Shown here: positions 19,642 through 28,900 of the stretch, in pieces | How the letters are laid out: every line of letters begins with the position of its first letter | Position numbering within the stretch: the first letter of the stretch is position 1 | Assembly (NCBI GenBank): GCA_905233375.1 | Contig: CAJOEJ010000002.1 | Coordinates: 6,704-70,703, forward strand | Reading direction: 5' to 3' | Source of the DNA: Paludibacteraceae bacterium | GTDB lineage: Bacteria; Bacteroidota; Bacteroidia; Bacteroidales; Paludibacteraceae | Length of the DNA: 64,000 bases | The notes under the pieces: generated by a model | The model's database searches: none | What the model was told of the DNA's origin: nothing | Seen by the model: the letters and a program-made list of their open reading frames with translations, nothing else | Made by a program: the position numbers and the translations under genes

Positions 19642-21471
19642 TTATTCTTCATCATCTTCTAACACGTCATTCTCCAAATAGGCTCCTTCGTCTGCACTCT
19701 GCGAAGCATCGCGGTTAATGTTTTTTCCCATCGCTTTCTCTATCAACTTGAATATAGCTTCTTTTCTATCTTCTATGAACCCATAGAAATTATCCGCTCG
19801 CATTATCTCCGGATTGATCACATGCGTGCGTAAAAGAGTGTCTATATCCTCAGCAGGTACTTTTGCTCGCTTTTCCAATCGTATTAAATATTTACTTGGT
19901 GCCTCTCCTCCCACAAAGATATTCGTACCTTTTGACAAAGGAGTTTTATTAACTATTGTATCATATTCACTTTTTGCTATTCCATTATTTCGACACCAAT
20001 GTTGAGGGAATATATGATGTATGTCAATCGATTCTTGGAAATACGTCATCATGTTTATCCCTTTTCCAGAAAGCCAATCTTTTGTGTTCTCATCCATTAA
20101 CAGCGCATAAATGCCTTTATATGCAGCACTATTGCGTGTTCGCAGAGTAAGAATGCGAGATTGAGAAAATATTGCATCATATATTGTCTGTGGCTCTTTA
20201 TCGTCATTTAATATCCAGCTAACAACCTGCTGAATATCCAATGCATAACGTGTTTCATTGGCAGAGCCGTATAATTCACCAAATACGCCACACCAATACC
20301 AACGTAATAATTTAGTCTTATTACCAATATTATTAATATCTTCTCCTAAAGCAGCAATAATAGCCGACATTGGAATCAATTGAGAAGTATAAGGAAGATC
20401 CCGCGCTATATAAATATGGTTTTCAATAAGAATCTTAGCTGCTTGAATGAATCCATCCACAATCTGCTGTCGAGAGGCCTTGTAATCATCCACTTTCAAC
20501 TCCAACATGCTCTTCCTCTTTGCGCTAACCGCCGGAATTTTCTCATTCTCGTTCTTTGATTGTAGAGCAGCCATCTTTTTCTTATAGGTAGAAAGCAATG
20601 TTACTGCCTGAATTAAATCCGTACTACACGTGTTTTTTAGAACGTTATGTGCCTTGAACAATGAACGTATATCTTCCCAATCTTTTTTCAAATCATATCC
20701 ACTCGCAGCATAAGTCGCTGTTAACAATTCAAATACGGTTAGAGAAACACCACCTGTATTGACTTTTTCAAATACCTGACAAACAGCCTCTTTACTATTT
20801 TCTTTTTTCATTATAATTACAGGCACGCTATAGTGACTATAATTATTTATGACGTTTCGTTCAAATTGACTTAAGAATCTCAATTTATCAGTATCATAAT
20901 TCCAATACTCTTCAAAACGCCAACGCCATTCACTAAATTCGTCTATCATACAAACGGGGAACATCATTTGCTCGAATTCTTTCTCTTGGGAACTCAAATC
21001 GCAAATAATTTCATGTCCGAGATTCTTAGTGGCTATTTTATTCTCATTGATAGAAAATATCGATTCCTCTAAATCCAAATCTGAATTCAAAGCCTTCTGC
21101 ATATCAATATAATACCACCTTTTAATTTCATAGCCTTTAGAATCCCTCGTTTTTACGACATTATTCGAAACGATGGTCTGATATAGACTTGTCAAACGTT
21201 GCTGACCATCCAAAATCAGATACTCAGGTTTAACACTTGACGACAATTGAACACCTTCTACCGGCTTTGTCTTGAATGCTGTATTTTCCCCCGTCTCCAA
21301 CAGAGTGACAACACTAATTGGAAAAGACTTGATAACCGAGGCAATAAGTCCTTTTATGCGATTATCATCCCATACCCATCCTCTTTGGAAATCCGGGAGT
21401 TGAATCTTGCCCACTTTGATGTCACACAACAAATCCGTTAACGGTTTTTTGGTAGTATCAAATGTTTCCAT
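19642..21471 (-). CDS. DUF262 + DUF1524 protein (GmrSD/BrxU-like type IV restriction nuclease candidate)
   Basis: 609 aa. N-terminal ParB/DUF262 motifs: IQLPDFQRGWVWD, LDGQQRLTSL, FEKVNTGGVSLTVFELL. C-terminal His-Me/DUF1524-like motif: IDIHHIFPQ…NKTPLS…N. Markedly AT-rich compared with its neighbours. Confidence 0.8.
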   Translation of the reverse strand: METFDTTKKPLTDLLCDIKVGKIQLPDFQRGWVWDDNRIKGLIASVIKSFPISVVTLLETGENTAFKTKPVEGVQLSSSVKPEYLILDGQQRLTSLYQTIVSNNVVKTRDSKGYEIKRWYYIDMQKALNSDLDLEESIFSINENKIATKNLGHEIICDLSSQEKEFEQMMFPVCMIDEFSEWRWRFEEYWNYDTDKLRFLSQFERNVINNYSHYSVPVIIMKKENSKEAVCQVFEKVNTGGVSLTVFELLTATYAASGYDLKKDWEDIRSLFKAHNVLKNTCSTDLIQAVTLLSTYKKKMAALQSKNENEKIPAVSAKRKSMLELKVDDYKASRQQIVDGFIQAAKILIENHIYIARDLPYTSQLIPMSAIIAALGEDINNIGNKTKLLRWYWCGVFGELYGSANETRYALDIQQVVSWILNDDKEPQTIYDAIFSQSRILTLRTRNSAAYKGIYALLMDENTKDWLSGKGINMMTYFQESIDIHHIFPQHWCRNNGIAKSEYDTIVNKTPLSKGTNIFVGGEAPSKYLIRLEKRAKVPAEDIDTLLRTHVINPEIMRADNFYGFIEDRKEAIFKLIEKAMGKNINRDASQSADEGAYLENDVLEDDEE

Positions 21472-21509
21472 AATATCTTACTTATTCGTCACAATTTCTT
21501 TTGCTATCG

Positions 21510-21540
21510 AGTGGCTGTTTCCATTTTGGAAATAACCACT
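21510..21540 (-). terminator. probable gdhA terminator hairpin
   Basis: 14-nt arms AGTGGCTGTTTCCA / TGGAAATAACCACT (one mismatch and one G-U as minus-strand RNA), 20 nt after the gdhA stop. There is no clear U-tract. Confidence 0.5.
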
Positions 21541-21559
21541 TAATTTTCTTAATAATACT

Positions 21560-22936
21560 TTACACTAATCCCTGCTCGACCATCGCATTGGCGACTTTCA
21601 TGAAGCCGGCGATGTTGGCTCCTTTGACGTAATTGATGTAGGGTTTGCCGTCAGGACCGGGGTTGTCCTCTTCGGTTCCGTACTTGAGACATGCCGCATG
21701 GATATCCGCCATGATAGTACGCAAGCGTGCATCCACTTCCTCTGCCGTCCATTTGAGACGCATGGAGTTCTGCGTCATCTCCAGGCCCGACGTCGCCACT
21801 CCTCCTGCGTTGGACGCTTTGCCAGGGCTGTAGAGGATCTTGGCACCCTGGAAAAGTGCGATCGCTTCGGGTGTCGAAGGCATGTTCGCTCCTTCGGTAA
21901 CACAGAAACAGCCGTTTTGGAGCAGGTTCTCTGCATCGGCTTTCTCAATCTCGTTCTGCGTAGCGCAAGGCATAGCGATGTCGCAGGGGATACGCCAGGG
22001 ACGCTCACCGGGGAAATACTGCGCGTTCGGATACCTGGTCACGTACTCTTTGATACGACCGCGGCGCACGTTCTTGAGTTCGAAGACATAGTTCATCTTC
22101 TCTTCGTCCAGCCCTTCCGCATCGTATATAAAACCGTCAGAGTCGCTGAGCGTGAGCACTTTGGCGCCTAATCGCATAGCTTTCTGCGCGGCATACTGGG
22201 CTACGTTTCCTGCGCCCGAGATGCAGACACGTTTGCCTTCAAACGACTCTCCGCGGGTAGCCAACATCGCTTGCGCGAAGTAACAAGCCCCGTATCCTGT
22301 TGCCTCCGGACGCATGAGCGATCCGCCCCATAGCTGTCCCTTTCCGGTCAGGGTGCCCGTGAACTCGTCACGCAAACGCTTGTACTGCCCGAACATGAAT
22401 CCTATCTCACGTCCGCCGACCCCTATATCGCCAGCCGGCACGTCCGTATCGGCTCCTATATGACGCTGGAGTTCGGTCATGAAACTCTGACAGAAACGCA
22501 TTACCTCCGCGTCGGATTTGCCACGCGGCGAGAAATCAGAACCACCTTTCGCGCCACCCATCGGGAGCGTCGTCAGGGCATTCTTAAACGTCTGTTCGAA
22601 AGCAAGGAACTTCATGATACTCAGGTTCACGCTGGCATGGAAACGGATCCCGCCTTTGTAGGGACCGATGGCGCTGTTCATCTGCACACGGAAACCGCGG
22701 TTGATCTGCACTTCGCCCTGGTCGTCCATCCAGGGTACACGGAACATGATGACCCGTTCGGGTTCCACCATGCGCTCCAATATCTTCTGCTCACGCAAAT
22801 AGGGATACGCCATTATCATCGGAGCCACACTCTCCACTACTTCGCCAACCGCCTGGTGAAACTCATGTTCTCCGGGGTTCCTGGCTATCAGATTCGCCAT
22901 AAACGCATCTACGTACACTTGTGTCTGTTTGTCCAT
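21560..22936 (-). CDS. gdhA: NAD(P)-specific glutamate dehydrogenase
   Basis: 458 aa. Catalytic motif …GPYKGGIRFH…, …LPMGGAKGGSDF… and Rossmann motif GAGNVAQYAA. Confidence 0.93.
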   Translation of the reverse strand: MDKQTQVYVDAFMANLIARNPGEHEFHQAVGEVVESVAPMIMAYPYLREQKILERMVEPERVIMFRVPWMDDQGEVQINRGFRVQMNSAIGPYKGGIRFHASVNLSIMKFLAFEQTFKNALTTLPMGGAKGGSDFSPRGKSDAEVMRFCQSFMTELQRHIGADTDVPAGDIGVGGREIGFMFGQYKRLRDEFTGTLTGKGQLWGGSLMRPEATGYGACYFAQAMLATRGESFEGKRVCISGAGNVAQYAAQKAMRLGAKVLTLSDSDGFIYDAEGLDEEKMNYVFELKNVRRGRIKEYVTRYPNAQYFPGERPWRIPCDIAMPCATQNEIEKADAENLLQNGCFCVTEGANMPSTPEAIALFQGAKILYSPGKASNAGGVATSGLEMTQNSMRLKWTAEEVDARLRTIMADIHAACLKYGTEEDNPGPDGKPYINYVKGANIAGFMKVANAMVEQGLV

Positions 22937-22963
22937 AATAAGTCAAATTTACAAATTCGCGTG

Positions 22964-22997
22964 CAAAGATACAAATAATTTCCCATATACGCAAGCG
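22964..22997 (-). promoter_or_regulatory. sigma-A type promoter of gdhA
   Basis: On the minus strand: CGCTTGCG (TTG = 22994-22992), 20 nt, TATCTTTG (22971-22964). Same architecture as the mce promoter. Confidence 0.65.
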
Positions 22998-23030
22998 CGC
23001 GAACATTTTTTAATAATTTTATGCGTATTA

Positions 23031-23062
23031 TTTGCATATATCAAAAAAAAGATGTAACTTTG
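23031..23062 (+). promoter_or_regulatory. sigma-A type promoter of lysS
   Basis: TTTG (23031-23034), 20 nt, TAACTTTG (23055-23062). It gives a ~55 nt leader to the ATG at 23123. Confidence 0.6.
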
Positions 23063-23122
23063 CGCCCAAATTGCATTAGTATGCACTAATTATACGTTTG
23101 TCGGATAAAAACAGAACATTAT

Positions 23123-24688
23123 ATGGAATTAAGTGAACAAGAACTCGTGCGCAGACAGAGTCTGCAAACGATGCGTGACATGGGTATTGACCCCTATCCT
23201 GCTGCGGAATATGTAGTCACCGGTTACTCGACGGAGATCAAAGCCGGCTTTGTGGATGAAAGTACCAAGGACGAGGTACAAGGAACCAAGGAATGGCACA
23301 CGGGTGACGAGGTGCGTATTGCCGGTCGTCTGATGTCCAAACGTATCATGGGCAAGGCTTCGTTCATCGAGCTGCAGGACAGCAAAGGCCGTATTCAGGT
23401 CTATGTGAGCCGGGACGATATACAAGCGCCGGTAGCTGAAGGAGAACAAGCAACTACCGTGGAGCAGCAGATGTATAACGTAGTATTCAAGAAACTGCTG
23501 GATATCGGCGATTTCATCGGAATTGAAGGATTCGTTTTCCGCACCCAGATGGGTGAGATCTCGGTGCATGCCAAGAAACTGACCGTCCTTGCCAAGAGTC
23601 TGAAACCGCTGCCTATCGTCAAGTACAAAGACGGCGTGGCATATGACGGGTTCAACGATCCGGAGCAGCGTTACCGCCAGCGTTATGTGGACCTGGTGGT
23701 CAACGAGGGCGTCAAAGACACTTTCCTCAAACGTGCCACTATCCTGCGTACGATGCGTCAGGTGTTTGACGAAGCCGGTTATACGGAGGTGGAGACCCCT
23801 ATTCTGCAACAGATAGCCGGCGGAGCAAGTGCGCGTCCGTTCATCACGCATCACAACACGCTCGACGTGGATATGTACCTGCGTATCGCTACCGAGCTGT
23901 ACCTCAAACGTCTGATTGTGGGCGGTTTTGAGGGCGTGTACGAGATAGGTCGTAACTTCCGTAACGAAGGAATGGATCGCAGCCATAATCCCGAGTTCAC
24001 CTGCATGGAGCTGTACGTACAATACAAGGACTACAACTGGATGATGTCTTTCACGGAGCAGCTGCTGGAGAAAATCGCAATAGCTGTCAACGGTACAACG
24101 AAAGTGCAGATAGGTGACCACGAGGTTGATTTCAAAGCCCCCTATCGCCGTTTGCCTATCCTGGATGCCATCAAGGAGAAGACGGGTCTGGATCTGGCTT
24201 CGATGAGCGAGGATGAGATCCGCGTGGAGGCAAAGAAACTGGGCGTGGAAGATACGGAGCATATGGGTAAAGGCAAACTGATCGATGAGATCTTCGGCGA
24301 GACCTGCGAGGGCACGTTCATCCAGCCGACCTTCATCACAGACTACCCCGTTGAGATGTCGCCGCTGACCAAGATGCACCGTTCCAAACCCGGTCTTACC
24401 GAGCGTTTCGAGCTCATGGTGAACGGCAAGGAGCTGGCAAACGCATACAGCGAGTTGAATGACCCGATTGACCAGTACAACCGCTTTGTGGAGCAGATGA
24501 AGTTAGCCGACAAAGGGGACGACGAAGCGATGGTCATCGACCATGATTTCATGCGTGCCCTCGAGTACGGTTTCCCGCCCACTTCCGGTATCGGTATCGG
24601 CATTGACCGTCTGACCATGTTCATGACCGGTCAGCAGACCATCCAGGAGGTGTTGTTATTCCCGACGATGAAGCCGGAAGTCAATTGA
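23123..24688 (+). CDS. lysS: lysine--tRNA ligase (class II)
   Basis: 521 aa. OB-fold anticodon-binding region and class II motifs (…FRNEGMD…, …GIGIGIDRLTMF…). Confidence 0.92.
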   Translation: MELSEQELVRRQSLQTMRDMGIDPYPAAEYVVTGYSTEIKAGFVDESTKDEVQGTKEWHTGDEVRIAGRLMSKRIMGKASFIELQDSKGRIQVYVSRDDIQAPVAEGEQATTVEQQMYNVVFKKLLDIGDFIGIEGFVFRTQMGEISVHAKKLTVLAKSLKPLPIVKYKDGVAYDGFNDPEQRYRQRYVDLVVNEGVKDTFLKRATILRTMRQVFDEAGYTEVETPILQQIAGGASARPFITHHNTLDVDMYLRIATELYLKRLIVGGFEGVYEIGRNFRNEGMDRSHNPEFTCMELYVQYKDYNWMMSFTEQLLEKIAIAVNGTTKVQIGDHEVDFKAPYRRLPILDAIKEKTGLDLASMSEDEIRVEAKKLGVEDTEHMGKGKLIDEIFGETCEGTFIQPTFITDYPVEMSPLTKMHRSKPGLTERFELMVNGKELANAYSELNDPIDQYNRFVEQMKLADKGDDEAMVIDHDFMRALEYGFPPTSGIGIGIDRLTMFMTGQQTIQEVLLFPTMKPEVN

Positions 24689-24701
24689 AAATAGAAGATT
24701 T

Positions 24702-25691
24702 ATGTATCGCAAGGTAGCAATTTTAGGTTCCGGGTCGTGGGCAACTGCATTAGCGAAAATCGTTATGCAGAATCAAGGCGAGATCAACTGGTTCATTCGC
24801 CGTCAGGAGGTGATAGACGAGTTCATCACGACCGGAAAGAACCCATCGTATTTAGGGGCGGCGGAGTTTGACGTGAGCCGCATTCATTTCTCTGCGGACA
24901 TCAACCAGACGGTAGCGCAATCGGATGTGCTGATACTCGCTATCCCCTCGCCCTACGTCAAGCAATCGCTCAACAAGATTCGTCGCGACATGACCCACAA
25001 GGTGGTTATTTCTGCCGTCAAAGGTATGATTCCCGATGAAAACGTGATCATTACGGACTATCTTCACAATCGTTTCGGCATCTCTTTTGACCAGTTGGGC
25101 GTTATCGCCGGTCCCTGTCACGCCGAGGAGATAGCCCTGGAGCGGCTCAGTTATCTCACCATCGGATGTGAGAACAGACCCAATGCCGAAGTATGGGCGA
25201 AACTGTTCCAGACGCCCTATGTTCACACGACCGTCTCAAGCGATGTGATCGGGTTGGAATACAGCTCGGTCATGAAAAACATCTACGCGATCGCAGCTGG
25301 TATGTGCCAGGCGCTCCATTACGGCGACAATTTCCAGGCGGTACTGCTATCCAATGCTATTCAGGAGATCCAGCGTTTTGCGACCGCTATGAGCAACGTG
25401 CCCCGAGACATTCTGGCTTCCGGATACCTGGGAGACGTGCTGGTGACCGGTTATTCACAGTTCAGCCGTAACAGGCAGTTCGGTCAGATGCTCGGGTTGG
25501 GCTATTCGGTCAAAGCCGCACAGATGGAAATGGAGATGATAGCCGAAGGCTATTATGGCACGAAAGCCATCTACGAAGCCAACAAACGGATGAAAGTGAC
25601 GCTTCCTATCGTGGATGCGATGTACGAGATTCTCTATAACCGGCAGAAAGCCAAACCTATTATCAAGTCACTAACCAATAAATTACAATAA
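24702..25691 (+). CDS. gpsA: NAD(P)H-dependent glycerol-3-phosphate dehydrogenase
   Basis: 329 aa with N-terminal Rossmann motif [12 protein letters not shown]. The GpsA-like central and C-terminal region is present. Confidence 0.88.
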   Translation: MYRKVAILGSGSWATALAKIVMQNQGEINWFIRRQEVIDEFITTGKNPSYLGAAEFDVSRIHFSADINQTVAQSDVLILAIPSPYVKQSLNKIRRDMTHKVVISAVKGMIPDENVIITDYLHNRFGISFDQLGVIAGPCHAEEIALERLSYLTIGCENRPNAEVWAKLFQTPYVHTTVSSDVIGLEYSSVMKNIYAIAAGMCQALHYGDNFQAVLLSNAIQEIQRFATAMSNVPRDILASGYLGDVLVTGYSQFSRNRQFGQMLGLGYSVKAAQMEMEMIAEGYYGTKAIYEANKRMKVTLPIVDAMYEILYNRQKAKPIIKSLTNKLQ

Positions 25692-25693
25692 TT

Positions 25694-27034
25694 ATGCAAC
25701 TATGTCTTAAGAATGCAGCCTCGTTTGCGGACGCTGCTCTGTTGAAACAACTGGAGTCCTGTACCGAACAAGCCAACCTCTTGCTGGAGAACGGTCAGGG
25801 AGAAGGAAACGACTACATCGGCTGGGTACACCTCCCCTCCTCTATCACGGATGAGTTCCTTGCGGAAGTACAAGCCAGCGCCGATGAGTTGCGCAAGCGT
25901 TGTGAGGTCGTTATCGTAGCCGGTATCGGCGGTTCGTATCTCGGCGCACGTGCTGTGAATGAGGCGCTCAGTTCGGCTTTTGACGCTTTCGTAGCCAAAG
26001 ACCGCAAGAACCCCTATGTCGTTTATGCCGGCAATAACATCGGTGAGGACTACCTTGCCGAGCTCATGGAGTTCCTGGCGGACAAGCAGTTCGGTATCAT
26101 CAACATCTCCAAATCGGGTACGACGACCGAGACCGCACTCGCCTTCCGTCTGTTGAAGACGATGCTCGAAAAGCAGGTCGGCAAAGAGGAAGCCAAACAT
26201 CGTATCGTAGCCGTTACGGACCGCGCGAAAGGTGCGCTCCGCTCGCTTGCTACCAAAGAGGGCTACAAGACTTTCGTTATCCCTGATAACGTAGGCGGTC
26301 GTTTCTCCGTTCTCACGCCGGTAGGTCTGCTGCCTATCGCAGTTGCCGGAGGGGACATCAAGGCGATCGTACGCGGAGCACAGGAGATGGAGAAAGCGAC
26401 GGATGTCAAAGTGCCTTATGCCGAGAACCCGGCATGTCAGTATGCCGCCATCCGGAATGCACTCTATCAAGGAGGAAAGAAAATTGAGATTCTGGTGAAC
26501 TTCAATCCTAAGTTGCACTATTTCAGCGAGTGGTGGAAACAGCTGTACGGCGAGTCCGAAGGCAAAGACCACAAGGGTATCTTCCCGGCAAGCGTGGATT
26601 TCACAACCGATCTGCACTCCATGGGACAATGGATCCAGGATGGCGAGCGTACCATCTTCGAGACCGTTATCTCGATTGAAAAGGCGAACAAGACCGTCCT
26701 CGTTCCGACGGATGAAGAAAACCTCGACGGACTCAATTTCCTTGCCGGCAAACGGGTCGATGAAGTCAATAAGATGGCGGAACTTGGTACCCAACTGGCT
26801 CACGTGGACGGTGGTGTGCCCAATATCCACATCTCATTTGAGAAAATTGACGAGTTCAATATCGGTCAGTTCATCTATTTCTTCGAGCGCGCTTGCGGTA
26901 TCTCGGGCTACGTGCTGAATGTCAATCCGTTCAACCAACCGGGCGTAGAGGCGTACAAGAAGAATATGTTCGCCCTGCTCGACAAACCCGGCTACGAAGC
27001 GGAGAGCAAAGCGATCAAAGAGCGTCTGAAATAA
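25694..27034 (+). CDS. pgi: glucose-6-phosphate isomerase
   Basis: 446 aa. SIS-domain motifs (…[16 protein letters not shown]…, …[12 protein letters not shown]…, …GGRFSVLT…). Confidence 0.92.
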   Translation: MQLCLKNAASFADAALLKQLESCTEQANLLLENGQGEGNDYIGWVHLPSSITDEFLAEVQASADELRKRCEVVIVAGIGGSYLGARAVNEALSSAFDAFVAKDRKNPYVVYAGNNIGEDYLAELMEFLADKQFGIINISKSGTTTETALAFRLLKTMLEKQVGKEEAKHRIVAVTDRAKGALRSLATKEGYKTFVIPDNVGGRFSVLTPVGLLPIAVAGGDIKAIVRGAQEMEKATDVKVPYAENPACQYAAIRNALYQGGKKIEILVNFNPKLHYFSEWWKQLYGESEGKDHKGIFPASVDFTTDLHSMGQWIQDGERTIFETVISIEKANKTVLVPTDEENLDGLNFLAGKRVDEVNKMAELGTQLAHVDGGVPNIHISFEKIDEFNIGQFIYFFERACGISGYVLNVNPFNQPGVEAYKKNMFALLDKPGYEAESKAIKERLK

Positions 27035-27051
27035 ATCATTCGGACCATCAA

Positions 27052-27084
27052 ACAACAAACGCGGGTTCTGCCCGCGTTTGTTGT
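27052..27084. terminator. hairpin terminator between convergent pgi and the thioesterase gene
   Basis: 14-bp GC-containing stem ACAACAAACGCGGG / CCCGCGTTTGTTGT with a 5-nt loop, 18 nt after the pgi stop. Confidence 0.75.
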
Positions 27085-27095
27085 ATAACTTCTTC

Positions 27096-27134
27096 CACTT
27101 TAAACTTTCAACTTTTAACTTTCAACAGTCAACT
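27096..27134 (+). repeat. word array CACTTTAAAC TTTCAAC TTTTAAC TTTCAAC AGTCAACT
   Basis: Lies after the pgi terminator. It overlaps the last codons and stop of the minus-strand thioesterase gene. Confidence 0.8.
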
Positions 27135-27621
27135 CCTCTATGGTATAATCCCGCTCCTCCGTTTCCGATGGGAGATACCCCATTTTCTCTTTGGCGGCGT
27201 CCGGCGGGAAAGTGAAATACGTACACACGCACTCGCACAGCAGTTCGCCTTCCGGGCTGTATAACTCGCCTTGCACAATCGCTATATTACGGCGCATTTC
27301 TTTGAGGTACGCACGCAGTTTGATATAGTCCAGCAAGGTCGATACGGGCTTGTGGTATCGCATCTCCATCTTGGCGGTCACACCTGCCGTCTTCAGTTGG
27401 TGGAACACGACCCATCCGCACACTTCGTCCAACAGAACCGCCTGAATACCACCATGTAGCGTGTTGATCCAGGACTGGTGGTTCTGCGTCGGACGCCAGA
27501 TAGAGACGATGTCATCGCCGTCCTCAAAGAACCGCATTTGGGTACCGATCGGGTTATGCGGACTGCAACCGAAGCAGTTATATCCGGGAAAAGAAGTCCA
27601 GGGATTAATGATTCGTTTCAT
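27115..27621 (-). CDS. PaaI-family hotdog-fold thioesterase
   Basis: 168 aa with …NCFGCSPHNP…LHGGIQAVLLDEVCGW… typical of PaaI/4HBT-like thioesterases. Its last codons and stop lie inside a TTTCAAC word-repeat array. Confidence 0.75.
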   Translation of the reverse strand: MKRIINPWTSFPGYNCFGCSPHNPIGTQMRFFEDGDDIVSIWRPTQNHQSWINTLHGGIQAVLLDEVCGWVVFHQLKTAGVTAKMEMRYHKPVSTLLDYIKLRAYLKEMRRNIAIVQGELYSPEGELLCECVCTYFTFPPDAAKEKMGYLPSETEERDYTIEELTVES

Positions 27622-27658
27622 ACATTATTTACCGCGCGTACGCGCAAAGCAATCCTCC

Positions 27659-28882
27659 TTACTGCAAACAGTTATCCAAAGCGGCTTTGAGCGCTTCTTT
27701 GTCCAAGTGTTGACCAATGAAGACAAGTTTCTGCATCCGGTCGCCGTACTGGTCGTCCCAGTCGTGACGAAGTTGTGCATCGTCCGCCATGAGTTGCATC
27801 AGTTCCTCCTTGGGCATGGTGGCAAACCACTCGCCTGCCTTGCGGATATTGAACTGACGACCAGCCTGCTCAAACAGGTAACACATATCGTACTCCTCCG
27901 CAAAATAGCACATGCCTTTGCAACGGATGACGTTAGCGGGCCAATGGGCGGCGACGAACTCGTCAAACATGCCCAAATCAAACGGCTTGCGGGCGTAATA
28001 CACATAGGTCTCAATTCCGAACTCTGCGAGGTGGTCATGATCGCCATGCTCATGATCGTGGTCATGATGATGATGTTCATGCTCCTCGTGCTCATGATCG
28101 TGTTCGTCTTCATCATCATCGTCCTCTTCGTGGTCGTGATGATGGCTCGCGTCCTCCACTTCCTGAATCCAGGTAGCCGACGTCGCCGTGCGGTCAAAGT
28201 CGAACAAATGCGTGTTCAGAATCTTGTCAAACGCCACATCGCAGAAGTCGGTCTCGATAATTTCCGCCTTGGGCTGTATGGCGCGAATAATAGACTTGAT
28301 TCGTGCAAGCTCCTCTTCGCTCACTTCAGAAGCCTTGTTCAACAAGATGATATTACTGAACTCAATCTGCTCTATCACGAGAGCTGCAAGGTCTTCCTCC
28401 TTGGGAACATAGTGCGCCAGACTCTCTCCGCCGTTGAACTCGTCGCGTAGCCGGAGAGCATCTACCACCGAGCAGATACAGTCAAGTGCAGGATAGGATG
28501 TTGCGTTCTCGATGGGTACCATCTGGCGGTAAGAGCAGATGGTCTGCGCAATAGGCGCAGGTTCGCAGATACCGCTTGCCTCGATCACAATATAATCGAA
28601 AGCATTGGTCGCACACAAGTCATGCAACTGCTGGATGAGGTCCATCTTGAGCGAGCAGCATATACAGCCGTTCTGAAGAGCGACCAGCGAATCGTCCTGC
28701 TGCGACACTACTCCGCCCTTTTGGATAAGCGACGCGTCAATATTCACCTCGCCGATATCATTCACGATAACGGCGAAGCGAATACCTTGGTTGTTGGTCA
28801 GAATACGGTTGAGCAACGTTGTCTTGCCGCTTCCCAAATAGCCGGTGATTAATAACACCGGTATTTTAGTAATTTCTGTCAT
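27659..28882 (-). CDS. COG0523/CobW-family G3E GTPase (putative zinc metallochaperone) with His/Asp/Glu-rich insert
   Basis: P-loop GYLGSGKTTLLNRIL, metal-binding CICCS (CxCC), and a His-rich stretch HHHDHEEDDDDEDEHDHEHEEHEHHHHDHDHEHGDHDH. The ORF-track start is TTG 28885; I use the adjacent ATG at 28882. Confidence 0.88.
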   Translation of the reverse strand: MTEITKIPVLLITGYLGSGKTTLLNRILTNNQGIRFAVIVNDIGEVNIDASLIQKGGVVSQQDDSLVALQNGCICCSLKMDLIQQLHDLCATNAFDYIVIEASGICEPAPIAQTICSYRQMVPIENATSYPALDCICSVVDALRLRDEFNGGESLAHYVPKEEDLAALVIEQIEFSNIILLNKASEVSEEELARIKSIIRAIQPKAEIIETDFCDVAFDKILNTHLFDFDRTATSATWIQEVEDASHHHDHEEDDDDEDEHDHEHEEHEHHHHDHDHEHGDHDHLAEFGIETYVYYARKPFDLGMFDEFVAAHWPANVIRCKGMCYFAEEYDMCYLFEQAGRQFNIRKAGEWFATMPKEELMQLMADDAQLRHDWDDQYGDRMQKLVFIGQHLDKEALKAALDNCLQ

Positions 28883-28900
28883 CAATTTTCAAATATCAAT

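Noticed and set aside
19574-21559. Looked for hallmarks of a mobile element around the AT-rich islet: integrase/transposase, tRNA target, flanking direct or inverted repeats.
   Set aside because: None found. The only inverted repeat (21510-21540) is best explained as the gdhA terminator. I therefore did not annotate a mobile_element feature.
22937-23122. The switch of gene orientation (mostly minus strand to the left, mostly plus strand to the right) at the gdhA/lysS divergent spacer, as a possible replication origin.
   Set aside because: The spacer is only 186 nt and is fully explained by two back-to-back promoters. I see no DnaA-box clusters (TTATCCACA-like) or AT-rich unwinding element, and no dnaA/dnaN nearby.
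23129-24379. Long antisense ORFs inside well-supported genes. Examples: 416 aa opposite lysS; 25700-26830 opposite pgi; 29332-30678 opposite DUF2723; 49738-50841 opposite rarA/hemW; 11264-12172, 27461-28450 and 58116-58916.
   Set aside because: Each is fully contained in, and antisense to, a gene with clear family motifs. Their translations are Arg/His/Leu-rich low-complexity sequence without recognisable motifs. They are typical shadow ORFs of moderately GC-rich coding DNA.
27630-27641. Perfect 12-bp palindrome GCGCGTACGCGC between the COG0523 stop and the thioesterase start, as a possible Zur/Fur operator.
   Set aside because: It is too short and too GC-rich for known Fur-family boxes. It lies downstream, not upstream, of the COG0523 gene, so it is more likely a small stem or a coincidence.
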